This document shows, in pieces, positions 1-13,778 of a stretch of 64,000 nucleotides of DNA (position 1 is the first letter of the stretch; each line of letters starts with the position of its first letter). The notes below the pieces were generated by a model. That model worked only from the letters and a program-made list of their open reading frames with translations. It was not told where the DNA came from and did not search any database. The translations under genes and the position numbers were made by a program. The stretch lies in contig JBGCFM010000016.1 of the NCBI GenBank assembly GCA_045106895.1, positions 64,001 to 128,000 on the forward strand. Direction: 5' to 3'. The DNA comes from Polyangiales bacterium (GTDB lineage Bacteria; Myxococcota_A; Polyangia; Polyangiales; Houyiibacteriaceae).

Positions 1-357
1 CACGTGTTTTCCGCGCTCGAGCGCTGCCGTGAGAACCTCATCGGCGAGCGTCGTACCGCCCATGACTTCCACGACGACCTCGACGCGTGGATCGTCCACG
101 ACCTCAAAGGGGTCGCTGCAGATCTTGTCGCTTGGAACGATGGCGTCACGTGTTTTTGTGACGTCGCCCACAGCGATACGATGCACGTCGATGGGTGCGC
201 CGAGGCGACCTTCAATGGTCTCGCGGTTATCGCGAAGGAGTTGGAGAATTCCCGTGCCCACAACACCACAGCCGACGAGCCCGACTCCGATCCGCCGCGG
301 CGCGCGCCGCTCCGATTGGCGGCGTTCCGATTCACGTCGTTCTGAGTCCTGGGTCAC
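1..357 (-). CDS. hom: Homoserine dehydrogenase, N-terminal part (runs off the window edge; not in the ORF track)
   Basis: My translation of the minus strand from GTG at 357 gives ...RIGVGLVGCGVVGTGILQLLRDNRETIEGRLG...DPRVEVVVEVMGG...ALERGKHV: Rossmann GxGxxG plus the typical VVEVMGG and GKHV motifs. The start overlaps the upstream stop (GTGA). Confidence 0.9.
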   Translation of the reverse strand, partial: MTQDSERRESERRQSERRAPRRIGVGLVGCGVVGTGILQLLRDNRETIEGRLGAPIDVHRIAVGDVTKTRDAIVPSDKICSDPFEVVDDPRVEVVVEVMGGTTLADEVLTAALERGKHV

Positions 358-1184
358 GGTTGGATCTCCACCAGCCACGAAGCGGATGGTTTCGCGACAT
401 CACCACAGCCAAGAACTTGAGGTGCGTGCATGACCTTTCGGAGCGTGCGCTCGAAGGCCGCTCCCTCGCTCTGGAAGGTGACTCGTATCTCCGTCGCGTT
501 CATTTCCTGCACGTCTTTCAAGCTGAATATCCCGCTCGGGTGAGAGGCCAGAAGGGATGCTTCGGCGGCTTGGACCGCGCCCGGGTAGCAGACGCGGCCG
601 CGGAGTTTGTCCGTCGGGAGCTCCGTGAAAGGAAGCGCGGCTTGGTCTGTATTTAGGTGACCGTGACAAAAGCCGCTCGGGAGCGTCAGCGTCGTGGCAG
701 CGAAACGATGACCCCCGAGATGACTTGTCATCCAAACATCCGGGCTCGTCTCGCGGGCGCGAAAGTAAGAGCCGCCTTCGAGGGCGCAACAGCGGTCGCG
801 CTTTCCATGAACGCACACCAAGTGAATGGGCCGCGACGAGGCCTCGCTTCTAAGGGCCGACTGAAGATCGAAGGTTTCGAACTCAGAATCTTCCAGGTCG
901 AACTGGTGAAGGGTACCCGAGGGACCAGGCGAACAAATGTAGACGCGCCGAGGACCCGCGCACCGCGACGGGTGGCGGATGAGCTGCAGTCGCGCCCCGA
1001 GCGTTTCGACCCAGGACTCCAGGACCGACCGAATCGCGTCGAGGCCACCGGAACGGATTGCCTTAGGCGCCCAAGCGCACCGCTCCTCGACGGCGAGGAC
1101 CACCTTTGCGTGAGCGGCGGTGCCGGCGAGGGGTTCTTGGCGCGAGCGGGAAATCTCCGCGCAAAGCGGAACGGCCGCGGTCAT
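354..1184 (-). CDS. Sucrase/ferredoxin-like (thioredoxin-fold 2Fe-2S) protein
   Basis: Motifs VCVHGKRDRCC and SHLGGHRFA. Start moved to ATG 1184 to avoid overlap with the upstream gene. Confidence 0.8.
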   Translation of the reverse strand: MTAAVPLCAEISRSRQEPLAGTAAHAKVVLAVEERCAWAPKAIRSGGLDAIRSVLESWVETLGARLQLIRHPSRCAGPRRVYICSPGPSGTLHQFDLEDSEFETFDLQSALRSEASSRPIHLVCVHGKRDRCCALEGGSYFRARETSPDVWMTSHLGGHRFAATTLTLPSGFCHGHLNTDQAALPFTELPTDKLRGRVCYPGAVQAAEASLLASHPSGIFSLKDVQEMNATEIRVTFQSEGAAFERTLRKVMHAPQVLGCGDVAKPSASWLVEIQP

Positions 1185-1189
1185 GCGAA

Positions 1190-1513
1190 CTAGATGTCTT
1201 CGTCTGGACCGAGGGGGAGCTTCCGGGCCATCTCCTCCGCAGCACCTTGGGTCGCAGCTTCTCGGCGTTCGGCGATCGCTCGATTCCAAACTTCGAAGGA
1301 AGCCTCGAAGGTCTCATGGCGGCGTGTCGCACGATGCCGATAGCGCTCGAGGGCGCGTCGGTCTTCAGGCGGTGCGTCTTCGAGGGCCGAATTGACCTCC
1401 GTGAGGACCATTTCCGCACGCGCGAGGGCATCGAGGAAGTTGTCGCGCTTGGCGAAATTTTGCGCTTGGACCATCCACTTGTCCCAGCGCTCTTGGGGGC
1501 TCAGCTCAGCCAT
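1190..1513 (-). CDS. Hypothetical alpha-helical protein, 107 aa
   Basis: Protein-like composition, fills the gap, TAGAGT 6 nt before the ATG. Confidence 0.65.
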   Translation of the reverse strand: MAELSPQERWDKWMVQAQNFAKRDNFLDALARAEMVLTEVNSALEDAPPEDRRALERYRHRATRRHETFEASFEVWNRAIAERREAATQGAAEEMARKLPLGPDEDI

Positions 1514-1563
1514 GGCCGCACTCTACGCGTACTGGAGGAATGCGCCAGCACTGAGATTGAGCT

Positions 1564-1592
1564 TTGACGGAGGGTCAGCGGCCCCTTATATC
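1564..1592 (+). promoter_or_regulatory. Sigma70-type promoter of the bactofilin gene (likely leaderless)
   Basis: TTGACG(1564-69)-N17-TATATC(1587-92), with the ATG 7 nt downstream. Confidence 0.6.
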
Positions 1593-1599
1593 CGCGGCG

Positions 1600-2118
1600 A
1601 TGGCCAGTGACCTCAGAGCCCCACGCGAGATCACCGCGCTCCTGGGCCAAGGAGCCTCCTACCATGGGAAGCTCACCTTCGAGGGACGTGTGCGTATCGA
1701 CGGCGAGTTTGATGGGGAAGTTTTCAGCCCAGGGACCCTCGTTATCGGCGAAGGCGCCGAAATTCGCGGAACTCTCGACGTTGGCGTCCTCATCGTCCTT
1801 GGAGGCGAAGTTTGGGGCAAAGTGCACGCCCGCGAGCTCGTCGAGGTTCACGCCGCGGCGGTAGTGCATGCGGATGTGGAGACACCGCAGGTGTTCATCG
1901 ACCGTGGCGCCATCTTCGATGGCCGCTGCACAATGGGTGGCGACGCGAGAACGCCTTCCACGCAACATGATCTCAGCGGAGAGCACCTCCTCGATGAACT
2001 CAGCGCTTCCGTGGAGCTTGGGTCCACAGAGCTGGAGCTCGACGAGGCGGAAGAGACGTACGACGACCTCGACACGAGTGCGCTGAAGCCAGACGACTCC
2101 GATCCCTCCGAAGAGTAG
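1600..2118 (+). CDS. Bactofilin / polymer-forming cytoskeletal protein with acidic C-terminal tail
   Basis: ALLGQGASYHGKLTFEGRVRIDGEFDGEV...LVIGEGAEI...GAIFDGRCTM beta-helix pattern. Confidence 0.9.
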   Translation: MASDLRAPREITALLGQGASYHGKLTFEGRVRIDGEFDGEVFSPGTLVIGEGAEIRGTLDVGVLIVLGGEVWGKVHARELVEVHAAAVVHADVETPQVFIDRGAIFDGRCTMGGDARTPSTQHDLSGEHLLDELSASVELGSTELELDEAEETYDDLDTSALKPDDSDPSEE

Positions 2119-2130
2119 CGCTCTATTCGC

Positions 2131-3429
2131 TCAGTCGAAGGCTGCGCCGAGCTGAAGGCCCAAGTTGAACGCTCGGTCCTTGCCCGTGATCTCGTTGGCG
2201 CCCGTCGCGATGGGCTCCGTTGCGTCTCCACTAAAGTTGAGACCGTAGCGGGTCACGCCAGCGCGGACACCAAAGACGAAGGAGCCGAAGCGTCCTTCGA
2301 GCGTCGCCCCGAGATCGAAGCCTGCGGCGGTGCCATCGTCGCCGAAGTCATCGCCGATATCACCAACGCTGAGGCCGTGGCGGTATGCACCGTCGATTCG
2401 CACCCGGAGCTTGTTCTCAAGGAGGCGGATCGACGCCATCGCTCCGACTCGGAGCTGGCTGTAGGATGTGCTCGCGAGAACACCATTGTCGGCAAGACTG
2501 AACGCGTCCACGCCAAAGCCGGCGAGGATACCGAATCGAACAGCGTCCTCCGCCACGGGAAAGACGTAACCGATCTGAATCATGAGGCGCCACGCGGACG
2601 AGTCGATGGGGGTGTTCTCATCGGGCGTGGACGTGTCTTCCGTCGACAGTGAGATACTGTGGGCGAACTCGCCCTCAAGGTAGAGGCCTCGCGAACCGTT
2701 GTCGGCTCGGCCGAGTGGGAAGCTCTCCGCTCGGACATGAATCTCGCCGTGAAACGATGCGACGTAGCCGCGTTCGCCGCGGTTTGGCTCGAAGGTTACA
2801 TTTGCGTTGCGGTCTCGGGCTTCGGCGCCAACGACGACGCGAATACGAGGCCACCCCGTACTGATCGTTTCGCCGTCGTCATCGTCGTCGTCGTCCTCTT
2901 CTTCTTCTTCGTCGTCGTCGTCTTCGTTGTTCGTCATGTCTTCCCACGCGTCCCGCTCGTCTTCATCGGACTCGCGCGACTCGATGTTTGACTGCGCTTG
3001 CTCAAGCAACTGACGTGACGCCGCAGCGACACGTCGCCGTCCCGTACGACCTGGGGCCGCGTTCGATTCCGAACTTGCGATTTCGACGCCACGCGCGTCA
3101 TAAGCGCGGAGTGAAAGACGAGCTCTCCGCCCGCGTCCACGAACTCGCCCGCGGATAAGAATGGTTGCGCCGGTCTCTTCGGCGGCTGCCTGAAGTCCCT
3201 CGCGGGTGTCGACTTCAACACCTGCGCTCGAGGCGGCAGACTCTGCCCGGCGAACCGGGAGCAACTCGACCTGTCGCTGAATGCCTCGAACGACATAGTT
3301 GCGAACTCGCCGGTTCCCCGGTCCATCGAAGTTGAGAACAATTGCCGTGTTGTCCTGCGCAAACGCGGAGGAGGTGCCGGTGCACCACAAGAGGGGGAGT
3401 AACAGCGCTCCAAGGACGCATTTACGCAT
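2131..3429 (-). CDS. Exported protein: N-terminal alpha/beta domain, poly-Asp/Glu linker, probable C-terminal outer-membrane beta-barrel
   Basis: Signal peptide ending AFA-Q; EDDDDEEEEEDDDDDDD linker; amphipathic strands; ends LGAAFD. Confidence 0.7.
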   Translation of the reverse strand: MRKCVLGALLLPLLWCTGTSSAFAQDNTAIVLNFDGPGNRRVRNYVVRGIQRQVELLPVRRAESAASSAGVEVDTREGLQAAAEETGATILIRGRVRGRGRRARLSLRAYDARGVEIASSESNAAPGRTGRRRVAAASRQLLEQAQSNIESRESDEDERDAWEDMTNNEDDDDEEEEEDDDDDDDGETISTGWPRIRVVVGAEARDRNANVTFEPNRGERGYVASFHGEIHVRAESFPLGRADNGSRGLYLEGEFAHSISLSTEDTSTPDENTPIDSSAWRLMIQIGYVFPVAEDAVRFGILAGFGVDAFSLADNGVLASTSYSQLRVGAMASIRLLENKLRVRIDGAYRHGLSVGDIGDDFGDDGTAAGFDLGATLEGRFGSFVFGVRAGVTRYGLNFSGDATEPIATGANEITGKDRAFNLGLQLGAAFD

Positions 3430-3587
3430 TTCTGAAGCCTATCAGATCCAGCCCAGAGACATCTTGAGCATCTTTCGAGGAACTCCGGATGGCCCAAATG
3501 GGGGGCTGGCCAACCATGCGTTTGGTCCAAAAGTTCCTTAGAGTGAATGCTTTACGCCTCTCAGGCGTCTTTCAGAGGAGCAAGCCT

Positions 3588-4160
3588 ATGCAACATTCGA
3601 AGTTTCGATATGCGCTTATGGCGCTCCTCCTCGGCCTATTTTCCTCCGCACCTGCGGACGCGCAGCTCGACCCAAATCGCGGAATCCGGACTCACACTGT
3701 GCCAGCACAAGGCACCAGCGTTCGTTTCGGCGTCGCGAACGTCGAGCTGGACTTCCCGATGCAGGAGGTTGTGGATCTGCTTCACGACTATGGTCGCTTT
3801 GAGGAGTTCCTACCGCACTTTCAGAGTTCTCGAATCTTGTCGCGTCGCGGAAACCGGGCGCTGATGTACGTCGAGGTGACGGCGGCTCGCGACACGATCA
3901 CCCTGTGGGCGCAAACCCGCGTCTCGAGCCGCGACGAAAACGGTACCCGCGTGATCGAAGCTCGCATGACGGAGGGCAACCTCGACCATTTCGTTGTTCG
4001 TTGGGAGATCTCTTCCATCGACGCGACGCACACACGCGTGAACTTCCGGCTCCTCGCCGACCCCCAAGTGCCACTTCCTGCATCGATCATGAACACGGAG
4101 AACGAGCGCTTCTCGCGGCTCGTGCTCAACGCCATTCGTCTTCGACTCGAATCTAGATAG
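3588..4160 (+). CDS. Exported SRPBCC/START (polyketide-cyclase-like) protein
   Basis: GAGGAG SD; signal peptide; DYGRFEEFLPHFQSSRIL and GNLDHF-W motifs. Confidence 0.7.
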   Translation: MQHSKFRYALMALLLGLFSSAPADAQLDPNRGIRTHTVPAQGTSVRFGVANVELDFPMQEVVDLLHDYGRFEEFLPHFQSSRILSRRGNRALMYVEVTAARDTITLWAQTRVSSRDENGTRVIEARMTEGNLDHFVVRWEISSIDATHTRVNFRLLADPQVPLPASIMNTENERFSRLVLNAIRLRLESR

Positions 4161-4178
4161 AAAGGGAAGGGCGCGTGT

Positions 4179-4549
4179 TCACTCGCCCTCGACGCGCTCG
4201 AAGTGCAAATGCGGACTCGCTTCGTCTAGCCCGCTGACCTGCGCGCGAAAACTCCATTCACGGCGCAGCTCCAGGGACCCCACGCGCGCCCCGCCGCTAA
4301 CTTCGCCTTCGATGGTCGCGTGAGTGGGGGCGACGCTGCACGAGAGCTCCTCAAGAGTCACGCTGACCCTCGTGTGGGAAGCCGCACCCTGCCCACGGCA
4401 ACGCTCATATTACCCGTCTCTTGTGGCTGAACCTGAATGCCCTCGACTTGGATGTGAGTTCCGGCCTCGCCGCCGAGGACGACTTCGAGTGCGGTGATGT
4501 CGACCCGCTCGAAGTGGGATGCTCGGTTCATGTCGAAGGCCCTCAGCAT
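4179..4549 (-). other. Two short coupled ORFs (4358-4549 and 4179-4361), possibly one frameshifted gene
   Basis: Both look beta-strand rich and overlap as GTGA. No recognisable motif. Confidence 0.3.
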
Positions 4550-4648
4550 CCTCACGATGGCGGCGCTTCCACGTGGGCCGGGCGTTTGAGCCTCGAGGTG
4601 ACCAAACCATGACGTGACACTCGCCAAGCCCAGACGCACGATCGGCAT

Positions 4649-5326
4649 GTGAACACCGTCGACACACCTGATTTGCCTGCCACCGATTCTCCGGAGTTGA
4701 ACAACGTGCGCCCAAAGTTTCGGGGAGCTCTTCACGCCTGGGCTGTGTTGCCCTTCGTCGTCGCGGGCGTGCTCTTGGTGATCGCCGCCGGCGCCGACGC
4801 GCGGTGGCCAATCGTCGCGTACGTTCTCAGCGTCGTTGGTTGCCTGGGGACGAGCGCGCTCTACCACCGCGTGGACTGGAGGCCTACCTGGTACGCCCGC
4901 ATGCGCCGTCTCGATCACGCGATGATCTTCGTGCTCATCGTGGGGACATGGACGCCGCTGTGCCTCGTGGCCTGCCGAGGCCGGGATATTGGAACCCTCT
5001 TTACGGCTCTGTGCGTGATGGCGGGAATGGGTGTGGCCATCACACTGTTCTGGACCGGCGCCCCCAAGTGGCTTCGGGCCGTTATCTATCTCGCCGTAGG
5101 CTGGATGGGGGTCCTCGCCGTGCCTCATGTCTACGCTTCGATGGGGAGCCTTGGCGTGGGCCTTCTCGCTTTGGGCGGCCTGCTCTACTCCATCGGCGCG
5201 CTCGCGTACGCCCTTCAGTGGCCAAACCCGGCACCGCGAGTCTTTGGCTACCACGAGATCTTTCACGCTCTCGTGATCTTGGCGGCGGCCGCACATTTCG
5301 CACTCGTCGCGACCGCCGTCGCGTGA
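4649..5326 (+). CDS. Hemolysin III / PAQR family membrane protein
   Basis: About 7 TM segments; SALYH, RRLDHAMIF and FGYHEIFH motifs. Confidence 0.9.
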   Translation: MNTVDTPDLPATDSPELNNVRPKFRGALHAWAVLPFVVAGVLLVIAAGADARWPIVAYVLSVVGCLGTSALYHRVDWRPTWYARMRRLDHAMIFVLIVGTWTPLCLVACRGRDIGTLFTALCVMAGMGVAITLFWTGAPKWLRAVIYLAVGWMGVLAVPHVYASMGSLGVGLLALGGLLYSIGALAYALQWPNPAPRVFGYHEIFHALVILAAAAHFALVATAVA

Positions 5327-5448
5327 GTGCAAACTTCGTACACCTCTAAGTCTGGCGATTTTGCCTCAAATTTCGGACTTCACCAGCCTGCGGCAGCCTC
5401 AGCTTTGCTCCGCGACGACAGACCCCAAAAACACCCAACTTTCCTCGG

Positions 5449-5476
5449 TTGACTGCCTCAAACCCCATGCTATCCA
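5449..5476 (+). promoter_or_regulatory. Candidate sigma70 promoter of the atp operon
   Basis: TTGACT(5449-54)-N16-TATCCA(5471-76) with a TG extension. Confidence 0.45.
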
Positions 5477-5551
5477 GCGCCCGAAAGGGCCCTGCGAAGG
5501 GTCCTCTAAACCAAGGCGGTGCCTCTCTGACCCCGCCTTTTCGAGGCCCCG

Positions 5552-6043
5552 ATGCTACTCCTCAGTCTTCTCTATGGCTCCGTTGTCCCCGGGACAGTTT
5601 TTCTGTCCGGCAGCCTCATCGATCTGGACGGCACGGTCTTCATTCAGCTCGGCCTTTTCGTCGTCGCTTTCTTCATCCTAAAGGCTCTCGTCTTCAAGCC
5701 CATCATCGCGCTCATCGAAGCACGTGAAGAGGCCATCGAGGGTGCCATCGAAGAAGCCAAGGCGATGACCGTCGAGGCAAAGTCCGCCGAAGAAGAGTTC
5801 GAGGTGGAGATGCGCCGCGTTCGCCGAACGGCAGCCGCCGAGCGCGACAAGCTTCGCGCCGAGGGCAAGAAGCTTGAGGCGACGGTCCTCGACAAGGTTC
5901 GAGACGAGACCGCTGCCCAGCTCGACGCTGCGGAAGAATCCCTCGCCAAAGAGGCGAAGAAAGCCCGCTCGGCGATGGAGTCTCACACCCCGGTTCTGGC
6001 GAAGCAGATCGCTTCGAAGCTCTTGCAAAGGGATGTGGTCTGA
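5552..6043 (+). CDS. atpF: F0F1 ATP synthase subunit b'
   Basis: DLDGTVFIQLGLF...LVFKPI...REEAI TM plus coiled coil; first gene of the atp cluster. Confidence 0.9.
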   Translation: MLLLSLLYGSVVPGTVFLSGSLIDLDGTVFIQLGLFVVAFFILKALVFKPIIALIEAREEAIEGAIEEAKAMTVEAKSAEEEFEVEMRRVRRTAAAERDKLRAEGKKLEATVLDKVRDETAAQLDAAEESLAKEAKKARSAMESHTPVLAKQIASKLLQRDVV

Positions 6044-6836
6044 TGCGCATTCACTCATTCATGCTGATCGCGGCGGCCTACCTTGCCTTCGCCGCGGCAC
6101 CTTCCTTCGCCCAAGACCACGATTTGCCGGCTGGTCACGAAGGCGAGACCGCGGAGGAACACGCCGCTCACGAACATGACGAACACGGCGACGAACTCCC
6201 TCCGGGTCACGAAGGTGAAACGGCGGAAGAACACGCTGCCCACTCTCATGGCGACGAGCACTCCCACGGCGACGAGCACGCCCACGAAGAGCACGGCTCT
6301 CACCACATCACCCTCGACCAGCCATGGCAGGACTCCGGCTTCCTCATCACCGTCGTCACGTTCCTGTGCCTCGTGGTGCTCTTGGTCTTTGGATACAAGA
6401 AGGCCGGCGCCCCAGCTCTTCAGAACCGTCGGCGTGAAATCGAAGAGGCGCTTGCCGACGCTCAAGAGAAGAAGGCTGAAGCCGAGGCGCTCCGCAAGGA
6501 GTACCGAGGACGCCTCGACAAGATGGAAGAAGAGCTCGCCAACATTCGTAAGGAGATGGTCCAGACGGGCGAGGCAGAGCGCGACCGAATCGTCGCCGAA
6601 GCCGAGACGAAGGCTGCCTCGATGCGTAAGGACGTTGAGTTCCAGATTTCGCAAAAGATGAAGCAGCTGCGCGACGAGCTCACAACGGAGACCGCCCTCG
6701 CTGCGATCACGGCTGCCGAAGAGCTCATCAGCTCCGAAGCTGTGCCCAGTGATCAGAGTCGTCTTGCTGAGGACTACCTCACGAACATCGCCGAGGCCGC
6801 AGCGGCTGAGAAGGCCCAGACCGAAAGGAGCCGAGC

Positions 6837-6840
<4 letters not shown>
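6043..6840 (+). CDS. atpF: F0F1 ATP synthase subunit b with signal peptide and His-rich N-terminal extension
   Basis: TM ITVVTFLCLVVLLVFG then ALQNRRREIEEALADA coiled coil; lies between b' and delta. Confidence 0.88.
6124..6243 (+). repeat. Two copies of the peptide repeat LPxGHEGETAEEHAAH (6124-6171 and 6196-6243)
   Basis: Near-identical peptides encoded by synonymously diverged DNA. Confidence 0.85.
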
Positions 6841-9121
<2,281 letters not shown>

Positions 9122-9122
9122 C

Positions 9123-11550
<2,428 letters not shown>

Positions 11551-11553
11551 CCG

Positions 11554-11970
11554 ATGGCTGACGTCCTCTCTCTCGAAGTCGCGACGCCGGCGGGGCTCCA
11601 GCTCTCGACGGAAGCGAACGCCGTAGAGGTGCCCAGCGTATCGGGTGAGTTCGGCGTTCTGCCGGGCCACGTGCCCGTCCTCGCAGCACTTCGTTGCGGT
11701 GCCGTTCGCTACGATATTGGCGGCAAGGAACGCGTTTTCGCGGTGGGGCCCGGCTTTGCGGAGGCGGGCGCGACGCGCGTGCGTCTGCTTACGGACCTCT
11801 TCGCTCTGCCTGAGAACATCGACAAGCCGACGGTGGAGAACGAACTCGCTGAAGCAAACGAAGCGCTCAAGGCGTTTGGTGCGCTCCACGAAGGACACGA
11901 GTACGAAGAGCTTCAGCGCGCAGTGGATTGGGCCAAAGCCCGACTCGACGCTGTCGAACTGACACACTGA
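11554..11970 (+). CDS. atpC: ATP synthase F1 epsilon subunit
   Basis: LEVATP...GEFGVLPGHVP...GFAE. Confidence 0.95.
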   Translation: MADVLSLEVATPAGLQLSTEANAVEVPSVSGEFGVLPGHVPVLAALRCGAVRYDIGGKERVFAVGPGFAEAGATRVRLLTDLFALPENIDKPTVENELAEANEALKAFGALHEGHEYEELQRAVDWAKARLDAVELTH

Positions 11971-11990
11971 TATCTCATCCGATGAGGCTC

Positions 11991-12024
11991 ACGCCGAGGC
12001 ACCCCCACGTGCTTCGGCGTTTGT
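11991..12024 (+). terminator. Probable terminator hairpin of the atp operon
   Basis: ACGCCGAGGCAC-N6-GTGCTTCGGCGT, a 12-bp stem with one G-U, followed by a weak T-tract. Confidence 0.6.
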
Positions 12025-12099
12025 CGTCTGCACACCAGAGCACCGACTGATCATCGTCAATACCAACGAGGGGTGCATTGTTCGAAATACGCAACAGAT

Positions 12100-12133
12100 T
12101 GTAACCTACCGATGTAACCTGTATAGGTTAACA
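12100..12133. promoter_or_regulatory. Candidate operator: direct repeat TGTAACCT x2 plus palindrome TAACCT-gtat-AGGTTA
   Basis: AT-rich patch just upstream of the kinase ATG (12147). Confidence 0.45.
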
Positions 12134-12146
12134 TAGGGCTCCAAAC

Positions 12147-13778
12147 ATGACCGCCTTACCTCAACAAACCGACGAAACATTCAATGAAATCGGTGGCTAC
12201 GCCATCGTGGAGAAGCTTCGTGAGGGAGGCATGGCAACTCTCTATTTGGGGACACGTGGAGGTGCACATGGCTTCTCGAGGCCCGTCGCCATCAAGGTGA
12301 TGCACGACCATGTCGCGGCTCAACCGCGAATGACCCAGATGTTTGTGGACGAGGCGTTGCTTGGCTCGCATCTCCAGCATCCAAATATCGGCCACATTGA
12401 AGAATTTGGCGAAGAGGCTGGTCGTTACTTCCTCGTGATGGAGTACATCGACGGCTGTTCCGTTTCGGACTTCCGTCGACATCATCGTGTCGAGCAGGAG
12501 GCGATGAAGCCGCTCACGGCGGCGTACATTATCTCGCAGGCGGCGAAGGGGCTTCATCACGCCCATGGCGCGACGGATGCAGCGGGCGAGCCCCTGGACA
12601 TCGTTCACCGTGACGTCTCCCCCGGCAACGTCCTGGTGTCGCGCTCGGGTCATGTGAAGGTGATCGACTTTGGGGTGGCGCAAAGTGAGCTTCGTTCTCA
12701 GCACACCGTCGCGTCCCTAAAGGGCAAGTTCCGCTACATGTCGCCGGAGCAAGCGCGCGGCAAAGATCTCGACCCACGGTCGGATGTGTATTGCCTCGGC
12801 CTCATTCTTTGGGAGCTCCTGAGCAACCGCCGCGCGATTCAGGGGAAGTCGGACCTCCAGCTGTTGGAGTCAGCACGCGCGCCTGAACTTGAGCCCGTGA
12901 GCAACTTTGCAGACGTCAGCGAGGAGCTCGCGTCGGTCGTACAAAAGGCCATCGCCGTCGACCCGGAGGAGCGGTGGGCGACGGCGCTCGAGTTCTCCCA
13001 AGCGATCCGCGCAGCGATTCCTGCGGTTCAGGACTTTGACCCGTCCGAGATTGGAGCGATGGCGCAAATCATGCCGCGTGGTGGCCGAAGCCACGTGACC
13101 CTCGCGTCGTCGTCCGAGCTGAGCAAGTCGCTCCTGAGTCGCTCTCAGAGTCGGTCGGAGCTTCGCCCTCGCGAGGACTTGATTCCAGAAGTGGACATCG
13201 AAGACCCCGAAGGCGAGAAGAAACGCCGCCTGATTCTTGGGGCGCTCATCGTTTTCGCCGTCGCGATTTTCCTGCTCTTTGCAATTCCCTCCGAGCAAGA
13301 CACAAACCCCGCTCTCGAAGCGCAAGGCAACTCTGCACCCAGCGAAGCCTCTTCGGCGGTGGCTGCACCACAGCCCGCGACCCCGGAAGAACGGGAGGCG
13401 AGCGCCGAGCCCACGATGGTTGTCGAGCCCTTCGAAGCCGCGGAACCCGAAGCAGCTCAAGTGCCCGCTGCAAGGGGAGCAAGTGCTGCAGTTGCACCAA
13501 GCGTCGCGCCGACTCCTGCCAGCGCTCGCCCAGCAAATAGCGAGACCACAACGGGGTCGCGCACGCGTCGTGCGGCCCGCGCGGAGGCGAGCGCGAGCCC
13601 AGACACCGACACTCGGGTCCCGGATGCCGAACGCAGCGTCCGGACACGCGGGGACTCGCAACCGGAGCACGTGGGCGGAATCCTCCTCGACACCGGCGGT
13701 GAGGACGACACACGCCTTCGTCCAGCGGGTCGCAGCTCCGGAGCCGTCCGTGCTGGTGGCACTCTGCTTGCGGAATAG
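12147..13778 (+). CDS. Membrane-anchored Hanks-type Ser/Thr protein kinase
   Basis: EGGMA, VAIK, HRDVSPGN, IDFG, GKFRYMSPE; TM after KKRR; Ala/Pro-rich external tail. Confidence 0.95.
   Translation: MTALPQQTDETFNEIGGYAIVEKLREGGMATLYLGTRGGAHGFSRPVAIKVMHDHVAAQPRMTQMFVDEALLGSHLQHPNIGHIEEFGEEAGRYFLVMEYIDGCSVSDFRRHHRVEQEAMKPLTAAYIISQAAKGLHHAHGATDAAGEPLDIVHRDVSPGNVLVSRSGHVKVIDFGVAQSELRSQHTVASLKGKFRYMSPEQARGKDLDPRSDVYCLGLILWELLSNRRAIQGKSDLQLLESARAPELEPVSNFADVSEELASVVQKAIAVDPEERWATALEFSQAIRAAIPAVQDFDPSEIGAMAQIMPRGGRSHVTLASSSELSKSLLSRSQSRSELRPREDLIPEVDIEDPEGEKKRRLILGALIVFAVAIFLLFAIPSEQDTNPALEAQGNSAPSEASSAVAAPQPATPEEREASAEPTMVVEPFEAAEPEAAQVPAARGASAAVAPSVAPTPASARPANSETTTGSRTRRAARAEASASPDTDTRVPDAERSVRTRGDSQPEHVGGILLDTGGEDDTRLRPAGRSSGAVRAGGTLLAE

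Noticed and set aside
5327..5551. Absence of atpI/atpB/atpE from the atp cluster
   Set aside because: A split atp operon is common in deltaproteobacterial and myxobacterial genomes; the genes are probably elsewhere, so this is not evidence of loss.
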